64,000 nucleotides of DNA from a bacterium (lineage in GTDB: Bacteria > Cyanobacteriota > Vampirovibrionia > Gastranaerophilales > Gastranaerophilaceae). The stretch is taken from positions 17,571 through 81,570 of the forward strand of contig JAGAJM010000023.1 in assembly GCA_017626055.1 (NCBI GenBank), given 5' to 3'. This document shows positions 47,498-57,299 of the stretch, in pieces. Under the pieces are notes generated by a model, which made no database searches, was not told where the DNA came from, and saw nothing but the letters and a program-made list of their open reading frames with translations. Made by a program: the position numbers and the translations under genes. Position 1 is the stretch's first letter. Every line of letters begins with the position of its first letter.

Positions 47498-48808
47498 ATG
47501 TTATCACTAATCACAAACCCAATAATTATATCAGTTTTACTACTTTGTATTCTTTGTTTATGCAGAGTAAACGTACTATTGGCATTAATTATTTCGTCTG
47601 TTGTTGGTGGACTTATGGGGCATATCGGACTTGCCGAAGTTATGGATATTTTCATAAAAGGTATGGGTGGAAATTCTGAAACCGCCTTAAGTTATATTCT
47701 ATTAGGTGCATTTGCAGCATCAATGACTCACACTGGTCTTGCACCAATACTTTCTATGAAAATCGCAAACGCAATCCAATCTAATAAATATTTATTGATA
47801 TTTATTCTGACAGGTATAGCAATACTTTCACAAAACCTAATCCCTGTACATATTGCATTTATACCAATATTAATTCCACCACTACTTGTCATAATGAATA
47901 AATTAAACATTGATAGACGAGCAGTAGCTTGTGGATTGGCTTTTGGGTTAAAAGCACCTTATATTGTTATACCAGCAGGTTTTGGACTTATATTCCAAGG
48001 TTTAATTGCCGAAAATTTAATCGAAAATGGAGTAGTAGTTGCTAAAAATACAATTTGGCAATCAACTTGGATATTAGGTCTGGGTATGTTATTTGGATTT
48101 TTAATCTCAATATTTATTTCATATAGAAAACCAAGAACTTATGAAAATTTAGAAGTTAAATTATATCAGGAAAAAGAAGATTTAAAACTAAACAGAAACC
48201 ACTACATAACTCTTTGCGCTGCCATAATAACATTAATCGTTCAATTATGGACGAAATCATTACCACTTGGAGCTTTAGTTGGTTTGGCAGTTATTTTTGG
48301 TTTAAAAGCAATTGACCATAAAAAAATGGATAAGCTAATTAATGAAGGTGTAGGTTTAATGGGGTATGTAGCATTTGTAATGCTTGTTGCAGCAGGCTTT
48401 GCAAGTGTTATGAAAGCCACTGGCGGAATTGATTCACTTGTTAATACAATTGCACCATTTATGATATATAGCAAGGCTCTTGCTACATTTCTAATGTTAT
48501 TTGTAGGTTTGTTTATTACAATGGGTATTGGCACATCATTCGGGACAATTCCAATTTTAGCCGTTTTATATGTTCCAATTTGCGTTAAACTAGGATTCAG
48601 TGTTCCATCAATAATTATTGTTTTAGCTGCAGCCGCAGCCTTAGGAGATGCTGGTTCACCAGCTTCAGATACAACTCTTGGACCAACTGCTGGACTTGAC
48701 GCTGATGGACAACACAATCACATTTGGGACACTTGCATTCCAACATTTTTACATTACAACATCCCATTAATTATTATGGCAATTCTTTCTGTTGTAATTT
48801 TTGGGTAA
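47498..48808 (+). CDS. Na+/H+ antiporter-family (NhaC/YuiF-like) transporter
   Basis: 436 aa, about 11 TM; family call from overall resemblance, moderate certainty. Confidence 0.7.
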   Translation: MLSLITNPIIISVLLLCILCLCRVNVLLALIISSVVGGLMGHIGLAEVMDIFIKGMGGNSETALSYILLGAFAASMTHTGLAPILSMKIANAIQSNKYLLIFILTGIAILSQNLIPVHIAFIPILIPPLLVIMNKLNIDRRAVACGLAFGLKAPYIVIPAGFGLIFQGLIAENLIENGVVVAKNTIWQSTWILGLGMLFGFLISIFISYRKPRTYENLEVKLYQEKEDLKLNRNHYITLCAAIITLIVQLWTKSLPLGALVGLAVIFGLKAIDHKKMDKLINEGVGLMGYVAFVMLVAAGFASVMKATGGIDSLVNTIAPFMIYSKALATFLMLFVGLFITMGIGTSFGTIPILAVLYVPICVKLGFSVPSIIIVLAAAAALGDAGSPASDTTLGPTAGLDADGQHNHIWDTCIPTFLHYNIPLIIMAILSVVIFG

Positions 48809-48866
48809 CAAATTTGCCCTTCTCTAAGTTATTTCGTACAATATTCCTTATAAGAGGATAATTTGT

Positions 48867-49748
48867 ATGGATAATTTTGAAATAAAATTAAAAGAATTTG
48901 CTGAAAAATGCGAAGATCTGAAAAATCAAGAATTTGAAAATTTTGGACAAATGGAGCAAACATATTGCAACTTGATAAATGAAGGTAACCAATTGCGCCA
49001 ATTTTTATTACAAAACCCAGAGCTTTGTGATAAAAATTCGTTGCTTGTTTTAACTAATCAAGTCCCAGATATTTCATTACTTGATGAAAAATACAAAAGC
49101 TTAGCTAACATTATTCAATTGACAATAGCTCTTTTGCAAAAATATAGCGAATATGTTCAAACACTTTTAGCGGAACAGAAATTCGAAGAAGCTATAAACA
49201 TATACAACCAAATGTATAATTTTACAAGAAATCCTATTTACAAAAAGAACATTGCTGAAATTTATTGTTTAAACTTGAACGATAATGCTAAAGCCCTTGA
49301 AGTGTGTAATTCAATTTATGATTATGCAATCAACAATGCTCAATTTTGTCGTTTATATGCAAAAATATATTCATTTAAGTCTGATGTAGAAAAAGCGCTT
49401 TCATTCAACAAAATGGCGGATGAATTAGATATGCTTACACAAGTCAAAGAATTTATTTCAAAAGAAGATTACATAGAGGCAATTAATGTTTATGATAGTT
49501 TATTCACATTAACCAACAATTATAACTATCAAAAGGAAATTGCCAATATTCATGCGGTATGCTTATCCGATATAGACAAGGCAATTTCTCTATACAAAGA
49601 CTTAGAAAAACATCTTGGAGAAGATCCACAGTATTGGTGGCAATTATCTGAATTATATGACAAGAAAAATATAAGATACAAACAAGTTTTAAGTATTCAG
49701 AAAGCTATAAAACTTGAATTAAAAAACAAGGAGGCTTCTGCATGCTAA
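48867..49748 (+). CDS. Hypothetical 293-aa helical-repeat (TPR-like) protein
   Basis: Repeated …EAINIYNQMY…/…EAINVYDSLF… units. Confidence 0.6.
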   Translation: MDNFEIKLKEFAEKCEDLKNQEFENFGQMEQTYCNLINEGNQLRQFLLQNPELCDKNSLLVLTNQVPDISLLDEKYKSLANIIQLTIALLQKYSEYVQTLLAEQKFEEAINIYNQMYNFTRNPIYKKNIAEIYCLNLNDNAKALEVCNSIYDYAINNAQFCRLYAKIYSFKSDVEKALSFNKMADELDMLTQVKEFISKEDYIEAINVYDSLFTLTNNYNYQKEIANIHAVCLSDIDKAISLYKDLEKHLGEDPQYWWQLSELYDKKNIRYKQVLSIQKAIKLELKNKEASAC

Positions 49749-50641
49749 GATTTTCAGTAATTATACCTGTTTTTAACGTTGTAAAAGACATTAAACAATG
49801 TCTTGAAACAATAGCAAACCAAACTTTCAAAGATTTTGAAGTTCTTTGCGTTGATGATTGTGGCACTGATGGGTCAATAGACATTGTCAAAGAATTTACC
49901 CAGAAAGATTCTCGTTTTAAAGTTCTTTCACACGACTCAAATCGAGGGGTTTCGGTCGCAAGAAATACAGCATTAAAAGAAGCCCAAGGAGAATATATAT
50001 TATTCATCGACCCAGATGATTGGGTTGAACTTAATATGTTTGAAGCTATTGACAATGCAATCAAAAATTCAAATAATTCTGACGCTATTGTTTTTGGCTA
50101 TAACAATTGTTACCCAGATGGAACTGTTGAAGATCACGATTACAATGAATCGTCTTCACTAAAACTTGAGGCAAATAATATTAACTATGTTGTAGGATGT
50201 ATTTGGAATAAAGCCTTTAAAAACTCAAAAATAAAAGAACTTGGCGTTGATTTCCCTGTTGGATTAATTGTTGAAGATGCTGAGTTTTGTTTCAAGTTCT
50301 TTTCTCAAATTGATAAATGCTATATTACAAAAGGCATTTATTATAATTACAGAAAAGGAAGAGAAGGTTCATACACAACAGAAGACATTGCAGGAGAAAG
50401 AATAAATGATACATTCAAAATCTTAGAAAGAATGTATGATTTCTCAATACAAAAAGGCTTGTTTAAAAAATATAAATTAGCCTTGCTTGATTATTTTTGC
50501 CAAACAATAAAAGGGATACTGCAATGCCCAAATCAAAAAGATAACATCTTAAAAACGGCAGATACCCTTTTAGATAAAATGGATTTTCCTAATTCATTCA
50601 AAGATTTAGAAACACCTAAATTTATGTTTTGGAAAAATTAA
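49742..50641 (+). CDS. Family 2 glycosyltransferase
   Basis: FSVIIPVFNVVKDIKQCLETIANQTFKDFEVLCVDDCGTDGS; 7-nt overlap with the upstream ORF. Confidence 0.85.
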   Translation: MLRFSVIIPVFNVVKDIKQCLETIANQTFKDFEVLCVDDCGTDGSIDIVKEFTQKDSRFKVLSHDSNRGVSVARNTALKEAQGEYILFIDPDDWVELNMFEAIDNAIKNSNNSDAIVFGYNNCYPDGTVEDHDYNESSSLKLEANNINYVVGCIWNKAFKNSKIKELGVDFPVGLIVEDAEFCFKFFSQIDKCYITKGIYYNYRKGREGSYTTEDIAGERINDTFKILERMYDFSIQKGLFKKYKLALLDYFCQTIKGILQCPNQKDNILKTADTLLDKMDFPNSFKDLETPKFMFWKN

Positions 50642-50694
50642 TTTTATTTAATATTCTATTTTTTTGAAAGTCCTTGCATGGTATCATGCATGCT

Positions 50695-53600
50695 ATGGCA
50701 GATGTAGAACAACAATACGTACCGCTCCACCTGCACACTGAGTATTCGCTACTAGATGGGGCTATTAGGATTAAGGAATTACTGGAATTTTGTAAAGAAA
50801 ACAATTTTCCAGCAGTAGCCGTTACTGACCACGGGGTTATGTATGGTGATATGGAACTTTATGAACTTGCAATGAACTCTGGTGTTAAACCTATTATGGG
50901 TTGTGAGTTTTATGTTCATGATGGCGATATCACAGAACACGACAAAAATAACAATCCTTGCTACCACTTGGTTCTACTTGCAAAAAACAACACTGGCTAT
51001 TCAAACATTATCAAACTAACATCAATTGCATGGTGTGAGGGAAAATACGTTAAGCCTAGAATCAATTGGGAATTACTTGAAAAACATCACGAAGGTTTAA
51101 TATGTTGTTCAGCCTGTTTAGGTGGAGAAGTTCTTCAACGCCTACAAGAAGGTAAATACGAAGAAGCTAAAGCTGTTGCTAAAAAATACAAAGATTTATT
51201 TGGTGATGATTATTACATCGAACTTCAAGATCACGGTTTAGAGGAACAGAAAAGAACTAACCCTGATTTAATAAAAATTGCTCAAGAACTTGATATCGAA
51301 ATGGTTATCACAAACGACTCTCACTATTTGAGATTAGAAGATGCAGACATGCACGATACATTGTTATGTATGCAAACAAATAGTGATAAAGATGATCCTA
51401 ATCGTTTCCATTTTCCAAATAACGAATTTTACGTAAAAACTCCATCTCAACTTAGAGATTCTTTCCGTTGGATGGATAGCGATATGTTTGATAGATGTAT
51501 CAAAAATACTGTTGCAATCGCTGAAAAATGTCATGTTGCAATTGAAACAAAGAGCCCACTTCCAGAATATGAAGTTCCCGCAGGACACACTATTGATACA
51601 TATTTAGAATACATTGTTCATTGTGGATTAAAAAAACGTTATGGGGAAGATGTTTCAAATGATATCAAGGAACGTGTAAAATATGAACTTGGCGTAATCC
51701 AACAAATGGGCTTTTCAGCTTATTTCTTGATTACTTGGGACTTTATCCACTATGCAAAAACTCACGGAATTCCAGTTGGTCCTGGTAGGGGTTCTGCGGC
51801 GGGTTCTGTTGTAGCTTATGCACTTGAAATCACTGACCTTGACCCAATTGAACACAAACTGTTGTTCGAAAGATTCTTAAACCCAGAACGTTTTACAATG
51901 CCCGATGTCGATATCGATTTTTGTATTGAACGACGTGGCGAGGTTATTGACTACGTAACAAAAAAATATGGTGAAGATAGAGTTTGTCAGATTATCACAT
52001 TTGGTACTTACGCTGCCAAAGCTGCATTTAAAGGCGTTGCAAGAATTCTAAAAGTTCCATTTTCAGAAGCTAACAAACTTGCGGGATTAATCGAACCTGC
52101 AATTGAACTTGCTCTAAGTATCAACGACAAAGCTAAAACTCTTAAAAAAGCCATGGAGTACGATGGCTCAGAATTAAAAGCTTTGTACGATAAAGATGAA
52201 CAAATTATGATTGACCCAACAGAAGGTAAGACTGTTGGTATGAAAAAACTTATCGACTTAGCAGTTGGTATTGAGGGCTTAAAAAACAACACTGGTACCC
52301 ACGCTGCTGGGGTTATTATTGCACCAAAACCTTTGAATGAAATCCTACCAATACAACCATCAAAAGATGGCATCATTCAAACTGGTTATCCACCACATGC
52401 AGCAACAGAGTTTCTAAACCTTTTAAAAATGGACTTTTTGGGCTTACGAAACCTTACAACCATTTATAAAACAGTAGATATGATTGAACGACGTCAAGGA
52501 ATCAAAGTTGATATCAACAACATTCCACTTGACGACAAACCAACTTACGAAATGTTAATGACTGGTGATACTGACGGAGTATTCCAGCTTGAATCTCAAG
52601 GTATGAAAAACCTTGTAAAACGTCTAAGACCTGACGTTTTTGAAGATTTAGGTGCATTAGTTGCGCTATTCCGTCCAGGACCATTGGATTCTGGGATGGT
52701 TGACGATTTCGTAGAAAGAAAACATGGTCGTCAAGCAATCACATACGCTCACCCATCACTAGAACCTGTATTAAAAGATACTTACGGAACTATTGTTTAT
52801 CAAGAACAAATTATGCAAGTTTTCCAAATCCTTGCAGATTACTCACTTGGTCAAGCCGATATGGTTCGTCGTATGATGGGTAAGAAAAAAGTTGATGAGA
52901 TGGAAAAACAAAAAGGTTTGTTCATCGAAAGATCAGCAAAACATGGTATGACATCAAAAGATGCAGAAACATTATTCAACCAAATCCTAAGTTTCGCATC
53001 ATACTGTTTCAACCGTTCTCACTCAGCAGCATACGCATTTGTAGCTTATCAAACAGCATACTTAAAATGCCATTATCCTGTTGAATATTTATCAGCACTT
53101 TTATCAAGTGTTTCAAGTGACCAAGAAAAAACTCAGTTATACATTGAAGAAGCGTTGAAAAAAGGTATCAAAGTTTTACCACCAGATATCAATAACTCAC
53201 TAGCAACATTCACTCCTGACGGAGATAATATACGTTTCGGTCTTGCTTCAATCAAGCAAGTTGGTGAAGGTGTAATTGAAGATATTATCAAAGAAAGAGA
53301 AGAGAACGGACCATTCAAGTCGATTTATGATTACATCAAAAGAGTTGACATTAAATGCACAAACAAAAGAACTCTTGAAGGTTTAATCAAAGCTGGTGCT
53401 TTTGCTCAAATCGAAAAAAGCCGTAAACAGTTGATGGAGAACCTTGATTATATCTGTTCAACAGCCTCAAAAGAAGCAAAAGAAAAAGAATCAGGTCAAG
53501 GTAGCTTGTTTGATATGCTAGGTGATACTGCATCAATTGATAATGCAAAATTCAGCCTTGGCGGTTCTGATGAAGAATACGATGCTCGTCAAATTCAACT

Positions 53601-54240
53601 GTTTGAAAAAGAATTTTTAGGGTTTTACGTAACAAGTCACCCACTATCAACTATCAGAGATAAGTTGCCATTTTTAATGACACACAAAATCTCAGAAATT
53701 CCAGAAATCGCAAATGAAAAAGTTGTTACAATTTGTGGTCTTGTTACTGCTACAAAACAAATTCCAACAAAAAATGATCCGACAAAATTTGTTAGATTTG
53801 TTACTGTGGAAGATTTGACAGGAAAAATTGATACTCTTGCATTTAACTCAAAAATCGCTGAGTATAATGACTTCTTGCAAAGTGAACAAAGAATTATTGT
53901 TTCTGGAAAAGTAAGTCGTAGAAGTGATGAAGATCCACCAATTATCTTGATTGATACGATTAAGCCTGTGGATAACTCAAATATTTTCACAATTGAACTT
54001 AAAGAAGAAATGAAATATGAGGAATTGTTCTTACTTAAACAAATCCTTTGCCAACATAATGGTTCAGACCCTGTAATGTTGAAATTAAAAGATTTAACAG
54101 GGGAAGTGAAAATCCTAACGTCATCGATTTTCTGGGTAAATTCAACCAATGATTTGGTAAACCAATTGAAGAAAAGCTTTGCAGATAAAGTTGAAATATC
54201 GATAAAATCAATGGATACAGACTTAAAAGACGGAGATTAA
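50695..54240 (+). CDS. dnaE: DNA polymerase III alpha subunit
   Basis: PHP N-terminus VPLHLHTEYSLLDGA, polymerase core, OB fold. Start is ATG 50695 or 50686; the track uses TTG 50674. Confidence 0.95.
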   Translation: MADVEQQYVPLHLHTEYSLLDGAIRIKELLEFCKENNFPAVAVTDHGVMYGDMELYELAMNSGVKPIMGCEFYVHDGDITEHDKNNNPCYHLVLLAKNNTGYSNIIKLTSIAWCEGKYVKPRINWELLEKHHEGLICCSACLGGEVLQRLQEGKYEEAKAVAKKYKDLFGDDYYIELQDHGLEEQKRTNPDLIKIAQELDIEMVITNDSHYLRLEDADMHDTLLCMQTNSDKDDPNRFHFPNNEFYVKTPSQLRDSFRWMDSDMFDRCIKNTVAIAEKCHVAIETKSPLPEYEVPAGHTIDTYLEYIVHCGLKKRYGEDVSNDIKERVKYELGVIQQMGFSAYFLITWDFIHYAKTHGIPVGPGRGSAAGSVVAYALEITDLDPIEHKLLFERFLNPERFTMPDVDIDFCIERRGEVIDYVTKKYGEDRVCQIITFGTYAAKAAFKGVARILKVPFSEANKLAGLIEPAIELALSINDKAKTLKKAMEYDGSELKALYDKDEQIMIDPTEGKTVGMKKLIDLAVGIEGLKNNTGTHAAGVIIAPKPLNEILPIQPSKDGIIQTGYPPHAATEFLNLLKMDFLGLRNLTTIYKTVDMIERRQGIKVDINNIPLDDKPTYEMLMTGDTDGVFQLESQGMKNLVKRLRPDVFEDLGALVALFRPGPLDSGMVDDFVERKHGRQAITYAHPSLEPVLKDTYGTIVYQEQIMQVFQILADYSLGQADMVRRMMGKKKVDEMEKQKGLFIERSAKHGMTSKDAETLFNQILSFASYCFNRSHSAAYAFVAYQTAYLKCHYPVEYLSALLSSVSSDQEKTQLYIEEALKKGIKVLPPDINNSLATFTPDGDNIRFGLASIKQVGEGVIEDIIKEREENGPFKSIYDYIKRVDIKCTNKRTLEGLIKAGAFAQIEKSRKQLMENLDYICSTASKEAKEKESGQGSLFDMLGDTASIDNAKFSLGGSDEEYDARQIQLFEKEFLGFYVTSHPLSTIRDKLPFLMTHKISEIPEIANEKVVTICGLVTATKQIPTKNDPTKFVRFVTVEDLTGKIDTLAFNSKIAEYNDFLQSEQRIIVSGKVSRRSDEDPPIILIDTIKPVDNSNIFTIELKEEMKYEELFLLKQILCQHNGSDPVMLKLKDLTGEVKILTSSIFWVNSTNDLVNQLKKSFADKVEISIKSMDTDLKDGD

Positions 54241-54262
54241 TAATCTCCGTCTTTTATTGTTT
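54229..54262 (+). terminator. Strong intrinsic terminator overlapping the dnaE stop codon
   Basis: GACGGAGATT-AAT-AATCTCCGTC followed by TTTTATTGTTTTATT. Confidence 0.75.
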
Positions 54263-54270
54263 TATTCTTT

Positions 54271-54333
54271 GATTAAAATATTTAGAGATTCCACGGGCTA
54301 AAGCCCTCTGAATGACAACTAAATATTTTAATC
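54271..54333. repeat. Nested hairpin: perfect 15-bp inverted repeat enclosing a GC mini-hairpin
   Basis: GATTAAAATATTTAG (54271-54285) and CTAAATATTTTAATC (54319-54333), with the 33-nt spacer containing GGGC-TAAA-GCCC. Confidence 0.6.
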
Positions 54334-54341
54334 TTGGAATA

Positions 54342-54374
54342 CTTAATCTAATTCATATAGCCAATTAGATTAAG
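54342..54374 (-). terminator. Hairpin overlapping the stop of 54365-55498
   Basis: CTTAATCTAATT-N9-AATTAGATTAAG, 12-bp perfect stem; weak U-tract. Confidence 0.45.
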
Positions 54375-55498
54375 TTTACGTTTTTGGTTAAAAATCCTGA
54401 AACATCAAAAGTTCTCAAACCTTGAGCTTCAGCATTTTCAAGAACTTGAGGCAACACTTCCAAATTTTCTTGAATTTTAGCTGTATCACCTAATCTAATA
54501 TCATCTAAATTTATATCGGTATCAACCTTTGGAGCAACACTATCAACAGTATCCAAAGTCTGTTTTAATAATTTTAAGTTTTCTGGTTTTGAATCCTCAC
54601 TACATAGATGTCTTATTTGATTAAAGAAAGTTTGTTCTTTAGATCTTGGACCTAAATCCATTGATGGCATACCTTTAAGAATTGATTTAGCAAGAGGTTC
54701 AACCAAAGCTTCAGTAACTTCAGCTTGCTTTTCTGCACCTACTGGAAAATTATCTACAAATCTTTGTAAGAAGAACTTAGCATTTGTATCATCAGAATGA
54801 GAAACAACAGTTTCAGCTAAATCAATAGCTTTTGGATTAGACTTACTTAGTCCTGGTAACAAATTCAACACATAACCCATTAAAGTTGTTCTCTTTCCAG
54901 TACTTTTTGCTTGACCAATATCATTGTAATTCACAGTTGGGAAAATATCATGATTAATCATTGCATGAGTATTAGATAAATCAACAACATCATGAGCTAA
55001 ACTCAAATGACGTTGAGGCATATCACCTGCAACTTTTAAAAATTCTATAATTTCTTTTGCTTTTAACTCTGAAGCCATAACAGAGCTAGCAACATTTGAT
55101 AATCTAGTTAGAGTCTCATACTCAATTTGTTGAGCTTTTGTTAAAGTTCCACCTCTACGCAAGATATCATTTAACCCTGCAACGCAAGCATTTTGTCTTT
55201 GTATAGTTAATTCAGCTACATCTTGTCCACTATCTCTAGCTTGTCTTGCAAAATCTAAATCTTCTTCTTCTAACATTTTCAATAAATTTTTACGACCTTG
55301 TTCTGCTTTATCTGCTTGTTCTTGAGCTAACAATTTTAAAGATGAGATAATTTCTTCAGTTGTATTTGTACGCGGAGCGTGGAACGTTGCACCCATAGTT
55401 TGGAAACCACCATCACCAATAAAACGATTAGCTAATTTTTCTGCTTTTTGAGGTACTACATCTTGAACTTTTCCTGTTATTCTTGATAAAAATGACAT
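54365..55498 (-). CDS. Hypothetical 377-aa protein
   Basis: Long ORF, helical-looking; no motif recognised. Confidence 0.65.
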   Translation of the reverse strand: MSFLSRITGKVQDVVPQKAEKLANRFIGDGGFQTMGATFHAPRTNTTEEIISSLKLLAQEQADKAEQGRKNLLKMLEEEDLDFARQARDSGQDVAELTIQRQNACVAGLNDILRRGGTLTKAQQIEYETLTRLSNVASSVMASELKAKEIIEFLKVAGDMPQRHLSLAHDVVDLSNTHAMINHDIFPTVNYNDIGQAKSTGKRTTLMGYVLNLLPGLSKSNPKAIDLAETVVSHSDDTNAKFFLQRFVDNFPVGAEKQAEVTEALVEPLAKSILKGMPSMDLGPRSKEQTFFNQIRHLCSEDSKPENLKLLKQTLDTVDSVAPKVDTDINLDDIRLGDTAKIQENLEVLPQVLENAEAQGLRTFDVSGFLTKNVNLI

Positions 55499-55623
55499 TA
55501 TCGGGGTAATCCTTTCTACTTTTTCACACTAATTTTGTAGATATAAAGTCAAAACACAAATTAAATTGCCTATTTTTGAAAAAATATTACATTGAATTTA
55601 CAAAAAAAACAAAAAAAAGTTGT

Positions 55624-55651
55624 TGCATTTTATTTTTTAGCATGTAGAATA
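55624..55651 (+). promoter_or_regulatory. Promoter of tRNA-Gly (TTGCAT-N16-TAGAAT)
   Basis: Read directly; about 20 nt upstream of the tRNA 5' end. Confidence 0.5.
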
Positions 55652-55670
55652 AAGAAGTAACCCAAATATG

Positions 55671-55745
55671 CGGGGGTAATTCAGTGGTAGAATGCCTCCT
55701 TGCCAAGGAGGATGTCGCGAGTTCGAGCCTCGTCTCCCGCTCCAT
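55671..55745 (+). tRNA. tRNA-Gly (anticodon GCC), 75 nt, CCA encoded
   Basis: Acceptor GCGGGGG/CTCCCGC, anticodon stem CCTCC/GGAGG with loop TTGCCAA, T-arm GCGAG-TTCGAGC-CTCGT. Confidence 0.95.
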
Positions 55746-55751
55746 AAAGAA

Positions 55752-55778
55752 CACTCATCATAAGATGGGTGTTTTTTA
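55752..55778 (+). terminator. Intrinsic terminator after tRNA-Gly
   Basis: ACACTCAT-CATAAG-ATGGGTGT followed by TTTTT. Confidence 0.75.
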
Positions 55779-55780
55779 TT

Positions 55781-55888
55781 GGGGAGATAATGGCGAGAAC
55801 GAGCCTTTTGCGAGTTCGAACTCGTTGCTTTAACCCTTTGCGAAGAATGAGCATTAGGGATAAAGTACCTACTTGGCTCCCGCTCCAT
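55781..55888 (+). pseudogene. Decayed tRNA-Gly-like copy (no anticodon arm, about 47-nt insertion before the acceptor 3' strand)
   Basis: GGGGAGATAAT…GGCGAGAA resembles the tRNA 5' and D region. GCGAGTTCGAACTCGT matches the T-arm 16/17. CTCCCGCTCCATA is 13/13 identical to the tRNA 3' end. It cannot form a 7-bp acceptor stem. Confidence 0.45.
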
Positions 55889-55895
55889 ATAATTC

Positions 55896-57299
55896 TTATA
55901 TATTACTGTAAAAAATATTTTTGCCGTGTGAATCTAGCCCACCAGATGGTAATAACTTATTATCCAATGTAGCTTTTGTAATCATTTCTAGCCAATCCTT
56001 ACTTCTTGCAACATCTCCAAAATAAGGATAATAAAGTTCTGTGGCTAACGCTTTTTCTCCTCCTCGAACTTTAAATAATGAAATCAATGTCGTCAAATGT
56101 TTAAATGCTTCATGAGGATTTTTAATACAACTACCAATAGGAGTTAAGGCTGGGTGCGCTATTGTCATATAGCCATATTCTTGTTTTGCAATAGTATCCA
56201 TTGCATCAGACATATCCATACAATATTTTTGTAAATCTAACTTTGGTTCAAATCTTGATTGAACTCTACCTAATGTCACCAATACTGCTTTTTCTTCTTC
56301 TGGAGTTATCTTAGTTTTTACATATTCTTTCAAATAATACCAAGGATAGTTTAAACCTTCTTTTAATGTTGCTGAAAACTCTCTAGCTTCATCCATACTC
56401 AATCGAGATGCAACATCTTTAACTTGAGTATTTTGAAGTTCTGCTCTAAACTCTTCAAAGAATTTTACCGCAACATCTTTTCTTGCAACTTTTGTTGTAT
56501 CTAGAAAATCATTTAAATTTTTATCAAAAGGATTTATACAATTTACCACCATATGAATCGGGACAGGTTTTGTTAAATTATTACCCAGAACCCTATTTTC
56601 AACAGACAATTCGGTACCAAACACAACCCGTAAATTTTTATATTTTTCTGGATTTGCAGCAATAATTTTTACGGCTTCCTTACATCCATCAACTGTATCG
56701 TGGTCAGTAATTGCAATAGTAAATGGAGAATCTTCCGCCAAAACAGTCATTTTGCCTTTATTGACCTTTGCAACTTCATCCGCATATGAGGCTGCTTGAT
56801 CTAATAATTCTTGAACTGTCATTTTTCCATCAGACTTTATCGTATGATTGTGTAGTGAAATTCTAAAATCTCTATGGAAAATTCCAGTTAAATCATAACC
56901 ATCTTGAACATCTGTAAGAAGGGATTTCCCTGGGGTATATGCCTCTGGTGCATCAGCAAACTCAGACACAATCGATTTATATTCTTGTCCCCCAATAATA
57001 GAACGAATAGACATCCACTTATTTTCAGGAATACCAATAGCTTTTAGTAGTTCTTTCCTATACTCAACATCTTTTGGAAATTTCGCAGCAAAGATTTCCT
57101 CAAGCGCTTTTTCTGCCTTATGAATTTTAATATTTTTATGAATTAACAAACCTCCAATAATTGCACCAACCCCAGCCCCAACAGTTGCAACTTGTTGCAT
57201 AGCATTATTTTTATTGGCATTACTTTGTTCTGGCTCAACAGTATTGACCGAACCTTTTGACTTAAATAATATAAAATTGTTTATTGGTTGAATTTTCAT
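55896..57299 (-). CDS. PHP-domain phosphoesterase with N-terminal leader and one TM helix
   Basis: 467 aa; SLHNHTIKSDG…IAITDHDTVDG…FGTELS; TM VATVGAGVGAIIGGLLI; leader MKIQPINNFILFKSKG. The start overlaps the upstream stop (ATGA). Confidence 0.75.
   Translation of the reverse strand: MKIQPINNFILFKSKGSVNTVEPEQSNANKNNAMQQVATVGAGVGAIIGGLLIHKNIKIHKAEKALEEIFAAKFPKDVEYRKELLKAIGIPENKWMSIRSIIGGQEYKSIVSEFADAPEAYTPGKSLLTDVQDGYDLTGIFHRDFRISLHNHTIKSDGKMTVQELLDQAASYADEVAKVNKGKMTVLAEDSPFTIAITDHDTVDGCKEAVKIIAANPEKYKNLRVVFGTELSVENRVLGNNLTKPVPIHMVVNCINPFDKNLNDFLDTTKVARKDVAVKFFEEFRAELQNTQVKDVASRLSMDEAREFSATLKEGLNYPWYYLKEYVKTKITPEEEKAVLVTLGRVQSRFEPKLDLQKYCMDMSDAMDTIAKQEYGYMTIAHPALTPIGSCIKNPHEAFKHLTTLISLFKVRGGEKALATELYYPYFGDVARSKDWLEMITKATLDNKLLPSGGLDSHGKNIFYSNI

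Noticed and set aside
55781-55888. Functional tRNA, tRNA-Sec or tmRNA (starts GGGG, ends CTCCCGCTCCA)
   Set aside because: It cannot form a 7-bp acceptor stem (only GGGAG/CTCCC pairs). It has no anticodon arm. It is far too short for tmRNA and has no tag-ORF-like region.
55637-55972. ORFs 55637-55888(-) and 55769-55972(+)
   Set aside because: They overlap tRNA-Gly, its terminator and the pseudo-tRNA. They have no SD and an implausible composition.
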